Origin: Azolla caroliniana
Lineage: Eukaryota; Plantae; Polypodiophyta
Length of the DNA: 64,000 bases
Reading direction: 5' to 3'
Assembly (NCBI GenBank): GCA_043228905.1
Contig: JBHGNT010000013.1
Location: forward strand, 14,508,001-14,572,000
The notes beneath the pieces were generated by a model that saw only the letters and a list, made by a program, of their open reading frames with translations, did no database searches and was not told the DNA's origin. Position numbers and translations under genes: made by a program. Below are positions 41,855 to 55,085 of this stretch, in pieces (the stretch's first letter is position 1; each line of letters opens with the position of its first letter).

Positions 41855-41895
<41 letters not shown>
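41390..41895. repeat. Microsatellite cluster in the F-box gene leader/promoter
   Basis: (GA)n, (GAA)n, poly-G, (CATGCA)n, (GGA)n, (GTCC)n, (GAT)n and (CA)n within 500 bp. Confidence 0.9.
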
Positions 41896-41896
<1 letters not shown>

Positions 41897-43879
41897 GCGT
41901 TTTTGTCCGCATTCAGGGGACCCCAATGAACTCACAATTCCTCACCCTTGGTACTGACTCTTTTTGTTTTGTTTTGTCAGAGATCACTTGCATCGCTTTC
42001 CCACTGCTGCTTCCCTTCCTGACCCCGCCACACCACGTTTTTCCTTTTTCAAGTGTCAACATCCCCCCTACCCCCCACTTTAGCCCTTTAGCCCTTTTCC
42101 CACCCACTTCCCCACCCTCCCTCCAACTCTCCGCCCTCACCGCTGACTCCTCTTTTATTGACACTAGGGTGACACGATATTCCAAGTGTCGTCACACTAT
42201 TGCAAAGAAGCTTCGTGTCATTGGCCTTTGATTTCAAATGATTTCTCTCCAATACCTCCTTCCATCCTCTTGTAAGCTCGTTCGCCCCTCAATTGGTTCG
42301 TAGTGTAACGTCTTCCCCATCGCGTGGTTGATTGCAACTTATCCACCTTCTTGCTCTCACATGCACTTTGCTTAGTGCCATCAACAACTCCCCAATGTTT
42401 CTGGGTTGCTTTGATTGTATGCCCTCCGTATTTAGTGCAGTATCTAACCGGCTATTAGTTGGTGTGTCTTGGTTGAGCATCTTGAGTCTTCTTTTTCTTT
42501 CTCGTACCTCCTTGTAAAATAACTTCCATTTTTATTTTTTACAGAGAGATTACTTACATTTTCTTTCTTTCATCGAGCGCAATGCTTGGACATCACAACG
42601 TTATTCAATCTTTATTTCTCTAGTTGACTTAGAATCTTAGAAGCGTGTTCTATAAAGGTGCACCCAAGCAGGTGTGGAAACTAAGCATATGCTATGATGA
42701 GATAACTTTACACGCTCAGATGATATGTCCATATGTGAGTGGCTTGCTTCCTTTTTCTCTTCTATTTCATTTATGTGAGGAGTAAGTGGACTATCTACCC
42801 ACGTTTACTAGGTAACATATCATGAAATCATTTATTGTTTTTCGACCAATGAGTAATTTTATAGTTACTCTCTTTTGTATCATGATTATGTGTTGGTCGT
42901 CTCCATGAAAATGTAGCGTTGTATGCATTTACTACAATAATGGCAAATGGGAATGGGAATGGAGCGTTGCCTTGAGTTCAACTACCCATAACAAATACCT
43001 AGACAAAACAGTAACAATGTGGCCTATCATTACATAAAGTGTTCAACTACCACACCCTTTTACCCTTTCATCAAGAAGTATAGTTGATCACGTTGAGCTC
43101 CCCTAACCACCATTGCATGGTTTATACTCAAAAAAAATATTTGAGTGATTCAAAGAACAAAAAATTGTCAAGCAAATGCAAGTTCTGAGTGAATTTCTTG
43201 TTAATCTCGTTCACAGTTTGGCCTTTACTACCCAAAGGATAATCCTTGTCTACATCCATTCGTTCAAAACTGATAGTAGATTATTCTAAAGTGATCCTGT
43301 GATAGAGTTAATAGATACTTCACTTTCAGTACTTACATTTTTTGGTAAAGAAGGAAGCAATACATTTCCCCATTCCTAACAAAAAACCTTTGAACGACTT
43401 GCAATGTTTTTCAATGTCATAAATATTGTTCTTCTTTGTCAATGCTCAACTCTACCTGTTTTTTAAATGGTAAGCTAGACATTTAATTCCTTCCTTGAGA
43501 TTTCAGTGACCTAAACCATCTTAAGAGTTCTCTCGATGGCTATTGCATATAATATTACTATTTCTCTGTTTTTGCAAAGGAAATCTAGTAAGAATCACAT
43601 AGTATATATGAATTATAAGGACATCATGTTTATTGTAGTATGTAGATTTGATATGACTATGAATCGCTATTTGATTTATTGTTTAATTACAAAAAAGAAA
43701 ACGTGTTGAAATGTGCTTTAATTTTACAACATCAATCTTGCTTCATAAAGCTTATTATCTCCCTTGAATCAAACGTTTGCTTTTTCTCATGCATGAGAAT
43801 AAGTGATGTTTATTAACTATACACTAAGCTAGTATTGGGGGTTGTCTCATGTTCTAAAATTTCAAATTATTCAATTCAT

Positions 43880-44500
43880 TGCGTGCATGTCTCTCTCTAC
43901 CTTGGTCAAACAATTATCCCTCACATCATTCACCTTGCAGTTCGAAGAAAGCAAGGATGCTCATGATGCAAGAAATGATCTTGATTGTTTTCTTCAAGAA
44001 TTGTTGCCCAAATTGCAATGTTGTAAAGCATTTGTTTGTCTCACAATGTTATGAAAAAGAGGGTTGATGTGGTCATGATAGATAGCAACTTATCATCTTT
44101 CCCATATCCATGACGAATACATGGATTTGTTATGAACCACAAATCCCGTTTGCATGAATTTAAACTTTTCCTTGTGGATCATACCTATGTTCCTCCATTA
44201 TTAAATGAATTTAAGCCTTGGGATTGGCATTCCTAGGTGGGGTCTATGGACTCAATGGGATTTGAGTCAGAACAATGATTGGACAAACTTTGTAACTATG
44301 CGGGATGTATACACAAGTAATTGCTTGTGTGAAAATGATGAATCAAAGGGGTGCCAAAGAAATTGTTGGCTCTTGAGGAAAGTTTGCTTTTTTGGAGATG
44401 TTAGATTGAGATATCTCCTTTTCTATTGAGTGTTGTTACAATTGAGGAGAAGCGTAGGAGCATATGAATAAATTTGACCTATGCTAGAGATATTTGAAAG
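43880..44500 (+). mobile_element. Possible very old hAT-like transposase remnant
   Basis: Only weak, frameshifted motif resemblance (HHSPCSSK.., FFGDVRL..). No TIRs found. Confidence 0.25.
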
Positions 44501-47500
44501 ACAAAATTTACAATATATTTGACTTGAGAATCTTACATGTATTGATAACAAGATTCTTTCTTCTTCTTTTTTCCAAAAAATAACAAGATTCTTTAGTTGC
44601 TATTTATCTTAATTACGTTTTATTATTATTACTTAGTACCATTTGTTTTGGTTTGTTTCTCTCAAAGACGAGACAACACGTAAGGTGTAAACTTTTGTTT
44701 GGTATCATAGGTGTTAAAATGTAGATAATACATATATCTTTCTTTCTACTATTGGAGTTTTCCATAAATTATATTTTTCTTGCATACGTTACCAACAATC
44801 AGAAGTCGAGTTTCCAAAGTTCCATGCACATCAAATCCCAAAGTTATCTACCCTTATGGATTTTTACCAAGGCAGGTTGAGCATTTTTGCTCTGTGAAAA
44901 TAAACACCTCATATTGAATGAAATTTTGGGCAATCAAATTGTGACCCAAGGTGATTATTTATGATTTCCATAGGTCCAATGTGAGATTTATTAAATTGTG
45001 ATTATTTTGGGAAGCACAATTGTGTTCTATTTTCTAATGTTGTTATTCACAACTAAGATATTTTATTTGTGCATTTCCCCTCACATCGAGTTTCCCCACC
45101 AATAATATATTAACTACTAAGAATAGTTGGTCACAGGAGTCAAAGCATTGACCAGATATCTCATATTCTCATAACAATAAAAGAAACAAAGCATTGTGCT
45201 TATACATAAGGTATGTCCACAATAGTCAAAGCTTGGGTCACACATTATGTAAGCTCATGAGAGTCAAAACATTGAAAGTACAACTTTCTCCAAATGTATT
45301 TTTTGTGATGTAACTATTGAAAATTTGATGCTCGTTTCTCTCATCTCCAACACATACAAACAATACAACACCAAACTCAATGGACATACTGTCTTGTTCA
45401 TTGAACAAGATATAAATCTGAAAAGGTTTCAAGTTTCTCTCCGACAATGCATGAATCTAATAAAAGAGTGTTTAAGGCGGTGTTCTTTCAAGAGATATAA
45501 AAAAACACGTCTTCCAACTTTTCACAAAATTGGGCACTCTCTCTAGATATGGGGTCCCTTATTTCATAAGAGACTAGGTAGCAAAAATGGAACCCCAACT
45601 CCATAAGAGACAAGCTAACAAAAATCCTCATCTTCTAAAGAGTCCCATTGGTCACTCACCTTTTGGCATACAAATACACAAATACACAAATAATGTAAGT
45701 AAGTGTGTATAAATAGACAAAAAAGAAAGGAATTATATCATGCGAGTGTTCGTGGAATAAAAGAGATCATTCATGATGTAAAGTATAAAGTTTTATCTTT
45801 GATTAATTCCAACTAATAAAGATATAATAACATATACTTGAGAAGACAAAACCCTTAGAACATTGATACATCGATATTTGGGTTTCATCAACTTCTCTAC
45901 AAAAATTGGGCAACATGCTTATTCGTCATGCCATGAGACATTTAGTTTCCTTGCTCTTAGAAAATCGTTGATATTATAACTTTGGTCTTTCAAGCCTCCA
46001 TTCTTGATCTTGACCACTTGTTTCGAAGTATCCTTTTTAGTGGATGGTTGGAGGTGAGTTAACACACCTTGGAATTTTTGTAGGCATAAAGAGTCTCTAG
46101 ATTCTCTAGCTTATTGGTAGGCATTATTTCTTCGAACATTGGCCTCTCTACAGATTATAACCCCACAATGACCGCATGCAATGTTCTAACTATACGCAAT
46201 TATAACGAAAGGTTAATATGGTTATTGCCTAATTACTATATCCCTACTTATCGTGTTATCTATAAGAATATTTAATCGGCCTTAATCACATTACGACAAA
46301 GACTTTTCTCTTTTATTTATTTATTAACGGGCAACATATGGTCTCATGCATACCCATTTGTTGCACTTTGAAGCATAATACCACTTTTTACATTCAATAC
46401 TAAATCTGATGGCCCATACACATGAATTTAACGACAACATGCCCCACACAACTAGATTGGAACATGTGGATATTGGATAGTTCCTCTGATTTAAATTAGA
46501 ACATTTGACTCATTATCCGTTTTCATCCCGTGTACCCTTACAAAAGTTGCATGTTGTGAGAAAATAAGTGGGCTCTGCATCCTTATACCTTAAAGAGATT
46601 GCATTTCTTGCAACGGGAGCTGTGGATCTATTTTAATGAAAAATATTTGTGGTCCATTTACTCCTAACAACCATGTCACCTATATACAAATTGTGCAAAT
46701 TAATATATGTTAATAAACACACATGAATAGTGATATACTTTATTGAACCCACTTGTCTTTAAGTTGTGACTATGAAACCATTTACTTATGCTTTCATTAG
46801 TCTCACTTAAGATGGACTACTTTCTCACCAACTTTATGAATGCAATTAAAAAACGAGTCATCCAAGACAAGTGTGACATAGTTCCACAAAAACAATTGTG
46901 CACATTTCGTCTTGATACCTAGCTTTTTGATTGATGTAGTTTAGCTAAAGTTCCAAGATATTTTTGAGCAAGTGTGGTACCTTGTTGGGGCTTCCTTTTA
47001 AAGGGCAATGGATATCATTTTCATTCTTTACGTTATCGAAAAACATGCCAACCTCAATATATTATAACCATTGTTGGAGTCTTGAATCTTGATTGCTTTT
47101 TATTGCACAAGTATATGATCAAACTGTTTGGATGAGTTTACGTGGGGAAGAGGGTTATTATTATTATTGTACCTCCTAACAGTAGTGCTAAAGTTCAAAC
47201 ATGTGTTTATTTATATAATGGGGATGAGAGCCAAGAGTTTGCACGCGAATTCAACAATCTTAACATGGATATATGGTCGATTTTGATTGATTAATCAAGC
47301 CATTACTTTCAACTGCTCCTAAAGTCCAAAACTAGCACATGCCTCTTTCCTTATTGTACTCATGGGCAAAATAAGCACTTTTCGAAAGTGAATAGCTTTG
47401 TTTAATTTGTACATTATTTGTTTCTTAATCTTTAGGCCACTTTCTAGAAGGACAATCATAGAGGCACAAGAAATGTATGGTACATGTTGATATTGATTGA

Positions 47501-48752
47501 TTACAATTTGCACCAATCATTTACGATATTGGCATTGACGTAGATCTAGATAGCTAGGCAAGTTCCCACAAGTCATTTCATTTAACACATGTAATGTAAA
47601 TGCTATCAAGGTGTGACTAAATTACGCAACCTAAAATCTCTTAATATAACCATACTTTCGTAAGAGTCACGAGGATTGTCGCATTACATGAACAAAAATT
47701 TAAGCACACCATATAATCTTAAAGAGTCTAATTCAAATTCTCTAATTGAACAAGGCCAACATTTTAGAACAATTTGTCATGAAGGATTATAACAATGTCA
47801 TGCTCCTCTTTAGTAAATTCATTATAATATGGAAACTCCCTATTTTTAGCCTTGAAACACATTGAGAAATCTTCTCTTTGGATATGTAGAGAACTCTTGT
47901 ATTAGAACTATGGTTTCCTTATTTTCTCTTCTTTCCTCCTTTCATTTTGAGGAACAACTCGTTTGGGGTTTATTGATTGGGAGTATGAAACTTGTTATGG
48001 AAAAGCATATTAATTGACCTATTCTAACTTCAGGCTAATTGCGGATGAAATCATAGTCTAGAAAGAGAGTCATGTGATGAACCAACACACATCCTCTTTA
48101 AGAATTTCATAAACAATGTAAACAAAAACTTTTGTGGGTCATGCTTTCAAACAATCGTGACACGTATTCATTTCACGCGGCGAAAGGATGGATCATTACA
48201 TGATAAATAAAACTTGAATCATATTAGGAATAATTAAGCTCAAGCTATTAATTTGTTATACTCATTCACATCGAACCCTAGTCTAATGCACTACTTATAC
48301 TTCATTAAACCACTTATACTTCCCATTCCCAATGGCCTCCCAAGAAATCATACTAAGCACTCAACTTCCATGAATTTATAAGAAGGTGATTTGTATACTA
48401 TGTTTTATAAAAACAATACATCAATACAATTATTTACTATAGATACCATGTAAATCATTTTATTATGTGTGCTTTGGGTGCAAAGACATATAAAAACTCT
48501 AGATTTTAGGGTTTAGGGTGCTAAGGCATACAAAACTCTAGATTCTAGGGTTTGGGGTTTAGGTTTAAAGAACATAGAGACATAGATGGCATCCATGTAT
48601 ACAATTCGTAGGATTTAGGGCTTACAAATTTGTAGGTATTTTGGGTCTAATGTTTGAGGTGAATGTTCTATTATTCCAAAGATGTTAAGATTGACAAAAG
48701 TTTAGGATTGAATGGAGGGGTAGGGTTTGATAATATTTCAAGTTCATGGATT

Positions 48753-49146
48753 GGAAAAAACCAAAATTTAAGGGGCTTGATAAGAGTAGATTTTAAATAT
48801 TGAGAGGGTCATAAAAGTGCATGGTTTAATGTTGGAGAAGTCTCTACTATTTGGGGGTAGGAAATGCTTAACACTAGGGTATGACAAGTGGTGTTGTATG
48901 GGATGAAAGTTGCACGGCTTAGGGTTATGGAAAAAACTATAGAGAGATCGGAAAAAACCAAAATTTAAGGGGCTTGATAAGAGTAGATTTTAAATATTGA
49001 GAGGTCATAAAAGTGCATGGTTTAATGTTGGAGAAGTCTCTACTATTTGGGGGTAGGAAATGCTTAACACTAGGGTATGACAAGTGGTGTTGTATGGGAT
49101 GAAAGTTGCACGGCTTAGGGTTATATGGAAAAAACTATAGAGAGAC
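48753..49146. repeat. Near-perfect tandem duplication (~197-bp period) just 3' of the aspartic protease gene
   Basis: GGAAAAAACCAAAATTTAAGGGGCTTG...GGAAAAAACTATAGAGAGA occurs twice (CCAAAATTTA at 48761 and 48958), differing only by small indels. Confidence 0.93.
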
Positions 49147-49217
49147 TGAGAAGTTTAATGCAATGATTATTTTGGGTGTGTGTGTGTGTGCGCGTGCGCA
49201 TGCATGTTTGCATCATA

Positions 49218-50627
49218 TTAGAGGGTGTCACAAGAAGCAGGGGCAAAAGACAAACGTTGACCTTGGAGGTCATATAAGATATGGAAATTTTGTTGTTGAA
49301 TGTTGCCAAAGATGGAGATGTCTGTCGAGCCCGCCATTGCCAAGCAAAAGAAAGCATCATCGACACTAAGGAAATAGTTCTCCACGGGTAACACCATGTC
49401 TGCCCCACCCCCAAAATGAAAAGTCAATGATGGCACATGCACTGGCATCTCCTCGTAGCATAAGTCCAATCCCGTGCCAGTGTATGGGATTGGCCTTGCG
49501 GATATATGCTCTTGGAATAACCGCAACACTGGCTCATATATTGATTCCACCAAATATGTCACCGTAGTTCCCGAATCGAAAATTATACCCCCTGAGAAAT
49601 CATCTGTTGGCACCGAAGTCTCTATTCCCCCCACGGAAATTCCTCGTAACCCCACAGAGTAGAATGTCCGTGATGTTTGGTCAATAATTAGTGGTGTCGA
49701 TTGGACTAACCCCGTTAGAGTGGCTCCCCCACCTAGAAATAATGGGCTTGTTCGGTATGGAGGGTCTGTAATTGATTGTAGACAATATGAGAATCTCGGG
49801 ATTCGTAGTTGTGAGAGGAGGGATAATGGTCCTTGCCCCAAGCCAATCAACCCATCAGCCCCTGCAAAGTCGCTATTTTCGTTGTCATGTCCGCACCCAA
49901 ATACAACCCCAGGTACAGAAACTAGTTGTCCCGTCGCATCGGGCATTGTGATTGTGTCTGACACCAAGTCCCCCGCGGTGTAGGAGTTGTCTCCATAGGT
50001 GTAGATATAGGAGCACGAGGAATATGCTGTACATGTCGAGTGAGGGAGGGAAGTGCATTGGGATGCATAACATGATACATGACGAAAGGTCGAGGACCTC
50101 GAAGGGTCGAAGATGTGACTCCCTGGTGCCTCATCGAAGCAATGTTGGCATGGCTCACATTGCCTCCATATCAAGTCACTTCCGGTGTCGATCAATGCTG
50201 TGAAACCGATGCCTGGTGTTCCTGTTGTTGGAGATGTTGTAAGGAAGGCTCCTTCACCAGAGACAATGGAGGTTCGGAATGTAGGAGGTAATGAGGGTGG
50301 TAACCTAAAGGCAAGGACAATTTGATGACGTCGTTTTTCACTACGTTCCATGAGAAGTCGCATCTTGGTGATATTCAATGGCCCGTTGTCCATGTCTTGA
50401 TGAGAAAACTCTAGTCGAAAAGTGTGACTTGGAGTCGACTTATTGGTCATAATTGTTTCCCATCCACGTACCTTAATGCCACTTGGCTTCAACTTGTCGT
50501 TGGAAGCCGCATGTGGGACATCCAAATCCACATCACTTTTAGATGTCCCATTGCTAATAGCATTTACATTGGTCATAAGCATTAAAATGAGTGCACAAAA
50601 CCAGAGGGCACTCATTTTCTCACACAT
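49218..50627 (-). CDS. Secreted A1 aspartic protease, nepenthesin/CDR1-like, intronless
   Basis: Signal peptide (MSALWFCALILMLMTNVNA); catalytic IDTGSDLIW and IFDSGTT; Cys-rich QCEPCQHC...FDPSRSSTF..VSC; YTYGD; FGCG; GLIGLG.GPLSL; SIFGNIQQQNFHILYD. The ORF-track start at 50639 is TTG; first ATGs are at 50627 and 50615. Confidence 0.95.
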   Translation of the reverse strand: MCEKMSALWFCALILMLMTNVNAISNGTSKSDVDLDVPHAASNDKLKPSGIKVRGWETIMTNKSTPSHTFRLEFSHQDMDNGPLNITKMRLLMERSEKRRHQIVLAFRLPPSLPPTFRTSIVSGEGAFLTTSPTTGTPGIGFTALIDTGSDLIWRQCEPCQHCFDEAPGSHIFDPSRSSTFRHVSCYASQCTSLPHSTCTAYSSCSYIYTYGDNSYTAGDLVSDTITMPDATGQLVSVPGVVFGCGHDNENSDFAGADGLIGLGQGPLSLLSQLRIPRFSYCLQSITDPPYRTSPLFLGGGATLTGLVQSTPLIIDQTSRTFYSVGLRGISVGGIETSVPTDDFSGGIIFDSGTTVTYLVESIYEPVLRLFQEHISARPIPYTGTGLDLCYEEMPVHVPSLTFHFGGGADMVLPVENYFLSVDDAFFCLAMAGSTDISIFGNIQQQNFHILYDLQGQRLSFAPASCDTL

Positions 50628-52110
50628 TATGCTATACAATTATGGTATAATTCTGAATATAGTTTATAATAAAATATTAGAAACAAAATAATACCTCCTA
50701 ATGCATTATGCTTCTAATATTCATTCTTCATCCTAAACCTTGGAGTTTACAATTCCATACTTCGTCTTTTTATACCTCTCAACTATTTAATCAACCGTTT
50801 CCTTTGATCCATTCATTCATTTTTGCATATCTTACTTTACCCCAATATCATTTCATCATTTTAAGCACCGTTACATGTTCCCATCTTCCTTTTTCCACTT
50901 CCTTCTCCTTGTCTTTCATCTTCGTGCTACCAATATATACTCATTGTATCCATGACATTACCTTTATTTCCCCTTGGCCTTCCTTCACAAATTTGTGTTA
51001 CCCTTTTCACATGCTATTATCTACCAAACCCACTTACTTCATCTTTTGTCCTTCCTTTTGTTTTCATCCAAATGAGGCTAGGCTACATTCACAACATCTG
51101 GATGGAGACTTGGTCTTGTATGTGTGACATAAAAAAGATTAATGGTTGTGCAACATATATTTATTGTAAAGGGATTGATTGCAAAAAGTAAGAAGGGGTT
51201 GACACTAATATGTTCGAGGTTGTGAATGTTACACAAAACATTCCCCAAAAGTGAATACATGATGATCGTGGCATCACCTACAAATCTTAACAGTTAGGAG
51301 TCATAAGTTTATAAAAGTTTTCGGCAAGTAACATGATCATATGATATTAGTTACCACATTTTTCTCTTTTCCAAGCTTTGAAAATGGCACTTGGTGACAT
51401 TTTTGCTTTAGATCATTCACTTAAAAAATGGACCTTTTATGACGATAAAAAATTCAATTCACTAGAGCTCGTTATCACTTACTAACCTTAATTGTGGCAA
51501 CAAACAATGTTGTGTGTGTAATATATGATATCAATACTTTTACTATAATCATCAAATATCAAATATAACCCACAACACCAATGTGAAACACTTTATCCTA
51601 ATGTCTGGAGTTGGGAAGCGACTCTAGATGTTTGAGAATGTGAGAGTGCGCATTTGATGCACAATTGATTAAGAATAGACATTGTAAATGATGGTGAACT
51701 TGTGACTGAGAGTAAACACGTCTTTGATGAAGATATGGGGAAAGAGAACTCAAATGTGAATGACGGTGGATCATTACATTAGAGTATGATACTCTATTCA
51801 CAAACTTGTCCGGGGCTGAAGATGGTTTTGTAGTTTGGTGCAATCATGTTACTACCTCATACTTCATCACATAGAAATGTAATGGTGTTACCAATGCGTC
51901 AAACAACTACATATTGAGAGCCCTAAATTTTAGATTTCCCCTCACCTTCATTCAATCTTTAAGGCCAAAATCTTTGAAGTGTTCTATTAATTTAAGTAGC
52001 TTATTATTGTATAAAATGTATGGTGCATTCCTGTGGAGACTTCTTACAAGGATAACCTTTGTTTTGGAGCTATTAATTCTCAACTTACCTGATGCAAAAC
52101 AACCAATAGA

Positions 52111-53220
52111 TGTCATGAAGACAAACATTTTGACTTATGAGGATTCAAACCCACAACTTCTTGGTCTATGTTTTAAACCTTTAACCATTATAATACCATG
52201 TATGATATATAGTTATAATAAGGAAAGCGCTATTTGCCCCCCCCTAAATAGCGCCCCCTTGTTTTGGCTAAACCACCCCCCTACCCCCAAAATGTTTTTT
52301 TGTGATAGTTCTCACCTCAGCCTTCGCATAGCTATCCTCCGCCCCCACCGATACATTCACTGTGAGAGGTGCTGGTCATTCCAAAGTGGGGGACGTGACC
52401 AGTCCAATAACGTACAATCTTGTCTTTGTGAATCAGACAAGTCTCGTATACATACTGCACCAACGCATCATGACTTGGTCGCCATTTCGTTTGAAATGTG
52501 GTCCAGTTAGCCTCAAAATCTAGCTCGTTGGAAGAGTATAGAAGCTGGTTCCAGTCATCCATATAGGCGTTTGTGTCATCGGTGCTTGCCAAATTCATTG
52601 TTGCATAGGCCAAAATGTTTTTGTTGATATGCCAGATGCAAAGCAAATTCTTTGTAGAAGGGAACACGATAGCAATTGCAGTCATCAAGGCAAGTTCTCG
52701 ATCAATTACAACTACTGATGACTTTGTCGCAAATTTGAATGATTACAATGCCCAAACATACATGGGTTCCGTCTCGTTGCATATGAATGCAAATCCATCA
52801 TTGAACGTGCTATTTGTGGCCATAATTCCAACGATGTTGAGCAACGACATGCCGAATCTATTCGTTTTGAAGGTGCAATCCATGACAAACACCACATTGA
52901 ACCGTCTGGCAAGATCTGCCGACTTCTGATCACAAAAGAAAAGGTCACTGATTGAGCCGTTGACATTGAAGATAAAGTCGCCAGTGGCGATAGCTATGTT
53001 GAGGTGAGAACTATCAGGGATTTTTTTTTTTGGGGTGGGGGGGTTAGCCAAAACAAGGGGGTGCTATTTAGGGGGGCAAATAGCCAAAATGGGGGGGGGG
53101 GAAATAGCGCTTTCCTATAATAATTATATTATTACTTATTACAAGATATTTAGAGTATTTTAGAACATTTTAGAACATTCTAGAATATTCCATGATTATC
53201 TTAAATATCATAAATATTTA
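52111..53220 (+). repeat. Copy A of a short LTR-like repeat (truncated, interrupted by the MULE)
   Basis: 52111-52221 plus 53116-53220 match the reverse complement of 54978-55085 plus 54225-54332. Confidence 0.8.
52222..53115 (-). mobile_element. Mutator-like (MULE) deletion derivative, 894 bp
   Basis: TIRs GGAAAGCGCTATTT...AAATAGCGCTTTCC with ~70-90 bp of subterminal homology; TSD TATAATAA (52214-52221 and 53116-53123). Transposase core VMDCTFKTNRFGMSLLNIVG...FAFICNET...VIDRELALMTAIAIVFP...LLCIWHINKNI with an in-frame stop. Confidence 0.92.
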
Positions 53221-54155
53221 AAACCCTCAAATGCAGAGTTTGCATTTGTACTCCATACAAATGGTGGATTCTTTTGTGTTAGTTAAGTGAGAGGCAATAC
53301 GATATTTGAATAATCTTTGATGAATCTACGATAAAAGTTTGAGAACCCCAGAAAACATTGTACAAATTGCACAGACTGTGGTGTTTGCCAATCCAAAATT
53401 GTTTAAACCTTTGCTGGATCCATAGAGATGCCATTTGAAGAGACTATGTACCCCAAAAATTCCACTTGACACTGGTCGAAACTACACTTCTCCAATTTTG
53501 CAGAGAGACCATATTCTCGCAACCATTGCAAAACTTGGCGAACATGTATATCATGCTCCTCTTAAGTTTTTGAGTAAATCAAGATATCATCCATGTAAAC
53601 TATGATGAAGATATCGAGGAGGTCCCACAAAATGTCATTCGCCATATGTTGAAAAACTGTTGGTGCATTTGTGAGACCAAATGGCGTCATTGTATACTCA
53701 AAATGGTCGTAGCGAGTGCAGAAAGTAGTCTTCCATTCATTCCTAGGATCAATTTGAACAAGGTTGTAGGCACCTTGAAGATCTAACTTCGTGAAATATT
53801 TTGAGGGACCAGAAGGATCCGGTTCCAAAGATGGATTTGGCCCGGCCTTTGTGATGAAACATGAGGCCCTAATCCATGACCATACAAAGTGAGCCATCTT
53901 TCTTCTTAACGAAAAAGATGGGTGCACCAACAAGAGATCTTGAATGTTGGATAAAACCATTTGCCAGGTTCTCATCGATATATTCTTGAACAACCTCTAA
54001 CTTTGTGGGCGAAAGGTTATAAATTGGCTCTCGTGGAGGCTCTTTTCCTGGTTGCAAATCAATCGGGCAATCATATGGTCGATGCTCTAGTAGTCTATTG
54101 GCTTTCACCTTATCGAACACGTCAGAGAATTCTTTGGTAGTTAAACCGAATGAGT

Positions 54156-55085
54156 TGTGATGAAGGTATAAACACCTAGTTATAGGTTCTTATTGAGTAT
54201 TCTAGAATGTTCTAGAATATTAAATTAGATATTTATGATATTTAAGATAATCATGGAATGTTCTAGAATACTCTAGAATTTTCTAGAATACTCTAAATAT
54301 CTTGTAATAACTAATAATATAATTATTATGACCATAGATTGACATATTCGCATTCGTGGGGATTCCCATTCGAATGCAAACGAGTACGAATATGAATGGG
54401 TAGTCGAGTATTCGTTTTACCCCCTCCCCGCCCAAAAAAAAAAACGTTTTTTAAAAAAGAATTCCTAAGATAAAAAAAAAGGAACTTAACAATAAATAGG
54501 TATAATAAAAGAGGGACTTTGGGGACTTGACACTACTAAATTTTTATAATAAATGTATAGTCGTTTTATTTTTTATAAATAAATAAATAAAATAAAATAA
54601 AGGCTCATTAATCCCTCACTTTTTATTTCCTCAAAATTTATGGATATTTTTATCTTGACATTAAAAATGGTACTTCAAACTAATCATATCTTCAAAGTTC
54701 ATACTAATTATATTTGTATAATAAATATAAAAATATTCGTTTAAAAAAAATTAATTAATTAAAATAAGTTTCATAAACTCTCTTGACACTATAATCTATT
54801 AATGAATAATTGTTTTTTTTTGGTGAAATACATTTATTTAAATAAATAAATAATTTTTTATATTTATTTTACAAAACGAATGGTTTTTTAATATTCTTGG
54901 GGCCATTTTGTATTCTCGAATATTGAGAATATTGCGCATGGAGAATATCACAAATATCACGCATGTGTCAATCTATGATTATGACATACATCATTTATGT
55001 TATTATAATGGTTAAAGGTTTAACACGTAAACCAAGAAGTTGTGAGTTTGAATATTTGTAAGCCAAAATGTATATCTTCAAGACA
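54156..55085 (-). repeat. Copy B of the LTR-like repeat (~280 bp without its insert), lying between Gypsy PR and RT
   Basis: Termini TGTGATGAAG...CTTCAAGACA (TG...CA, imperfect inverted); TAGAACATTCTAGAA-type motifs. No clear TSD. Confidence 0.65.
54333..54977. mobile_element. hAT-type MITE (645 bp)
   Basis: Perfect 12-bp TIRs CATAGATTGACA / TGTCAATCTATG; 8-bp TSD ATTATGAC (54325-54332 and 54978-54985); AT-rich, non-coding. Confidence 0.92.

Noticed and set aside
44800-48450. Hidden gene or transposase in the long intergenic stretch
   Set aside because: Only short ORFs with no recognisable motif or coherent exon chain; probably ancient TE debris that I cannot classify by eye.
48500-48570. 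Interstitial telomere
   Set aside because: Only a few degenerate TTTAGGG units; more likely TE or low-complexity sequence.
51582-51870. Possible solo LTR (TGTGAAAC...CTTCATCACA)
   Set aside because: No TSD and no matching partner in the window; only the terminal 10 bp resemble repeat copy B.
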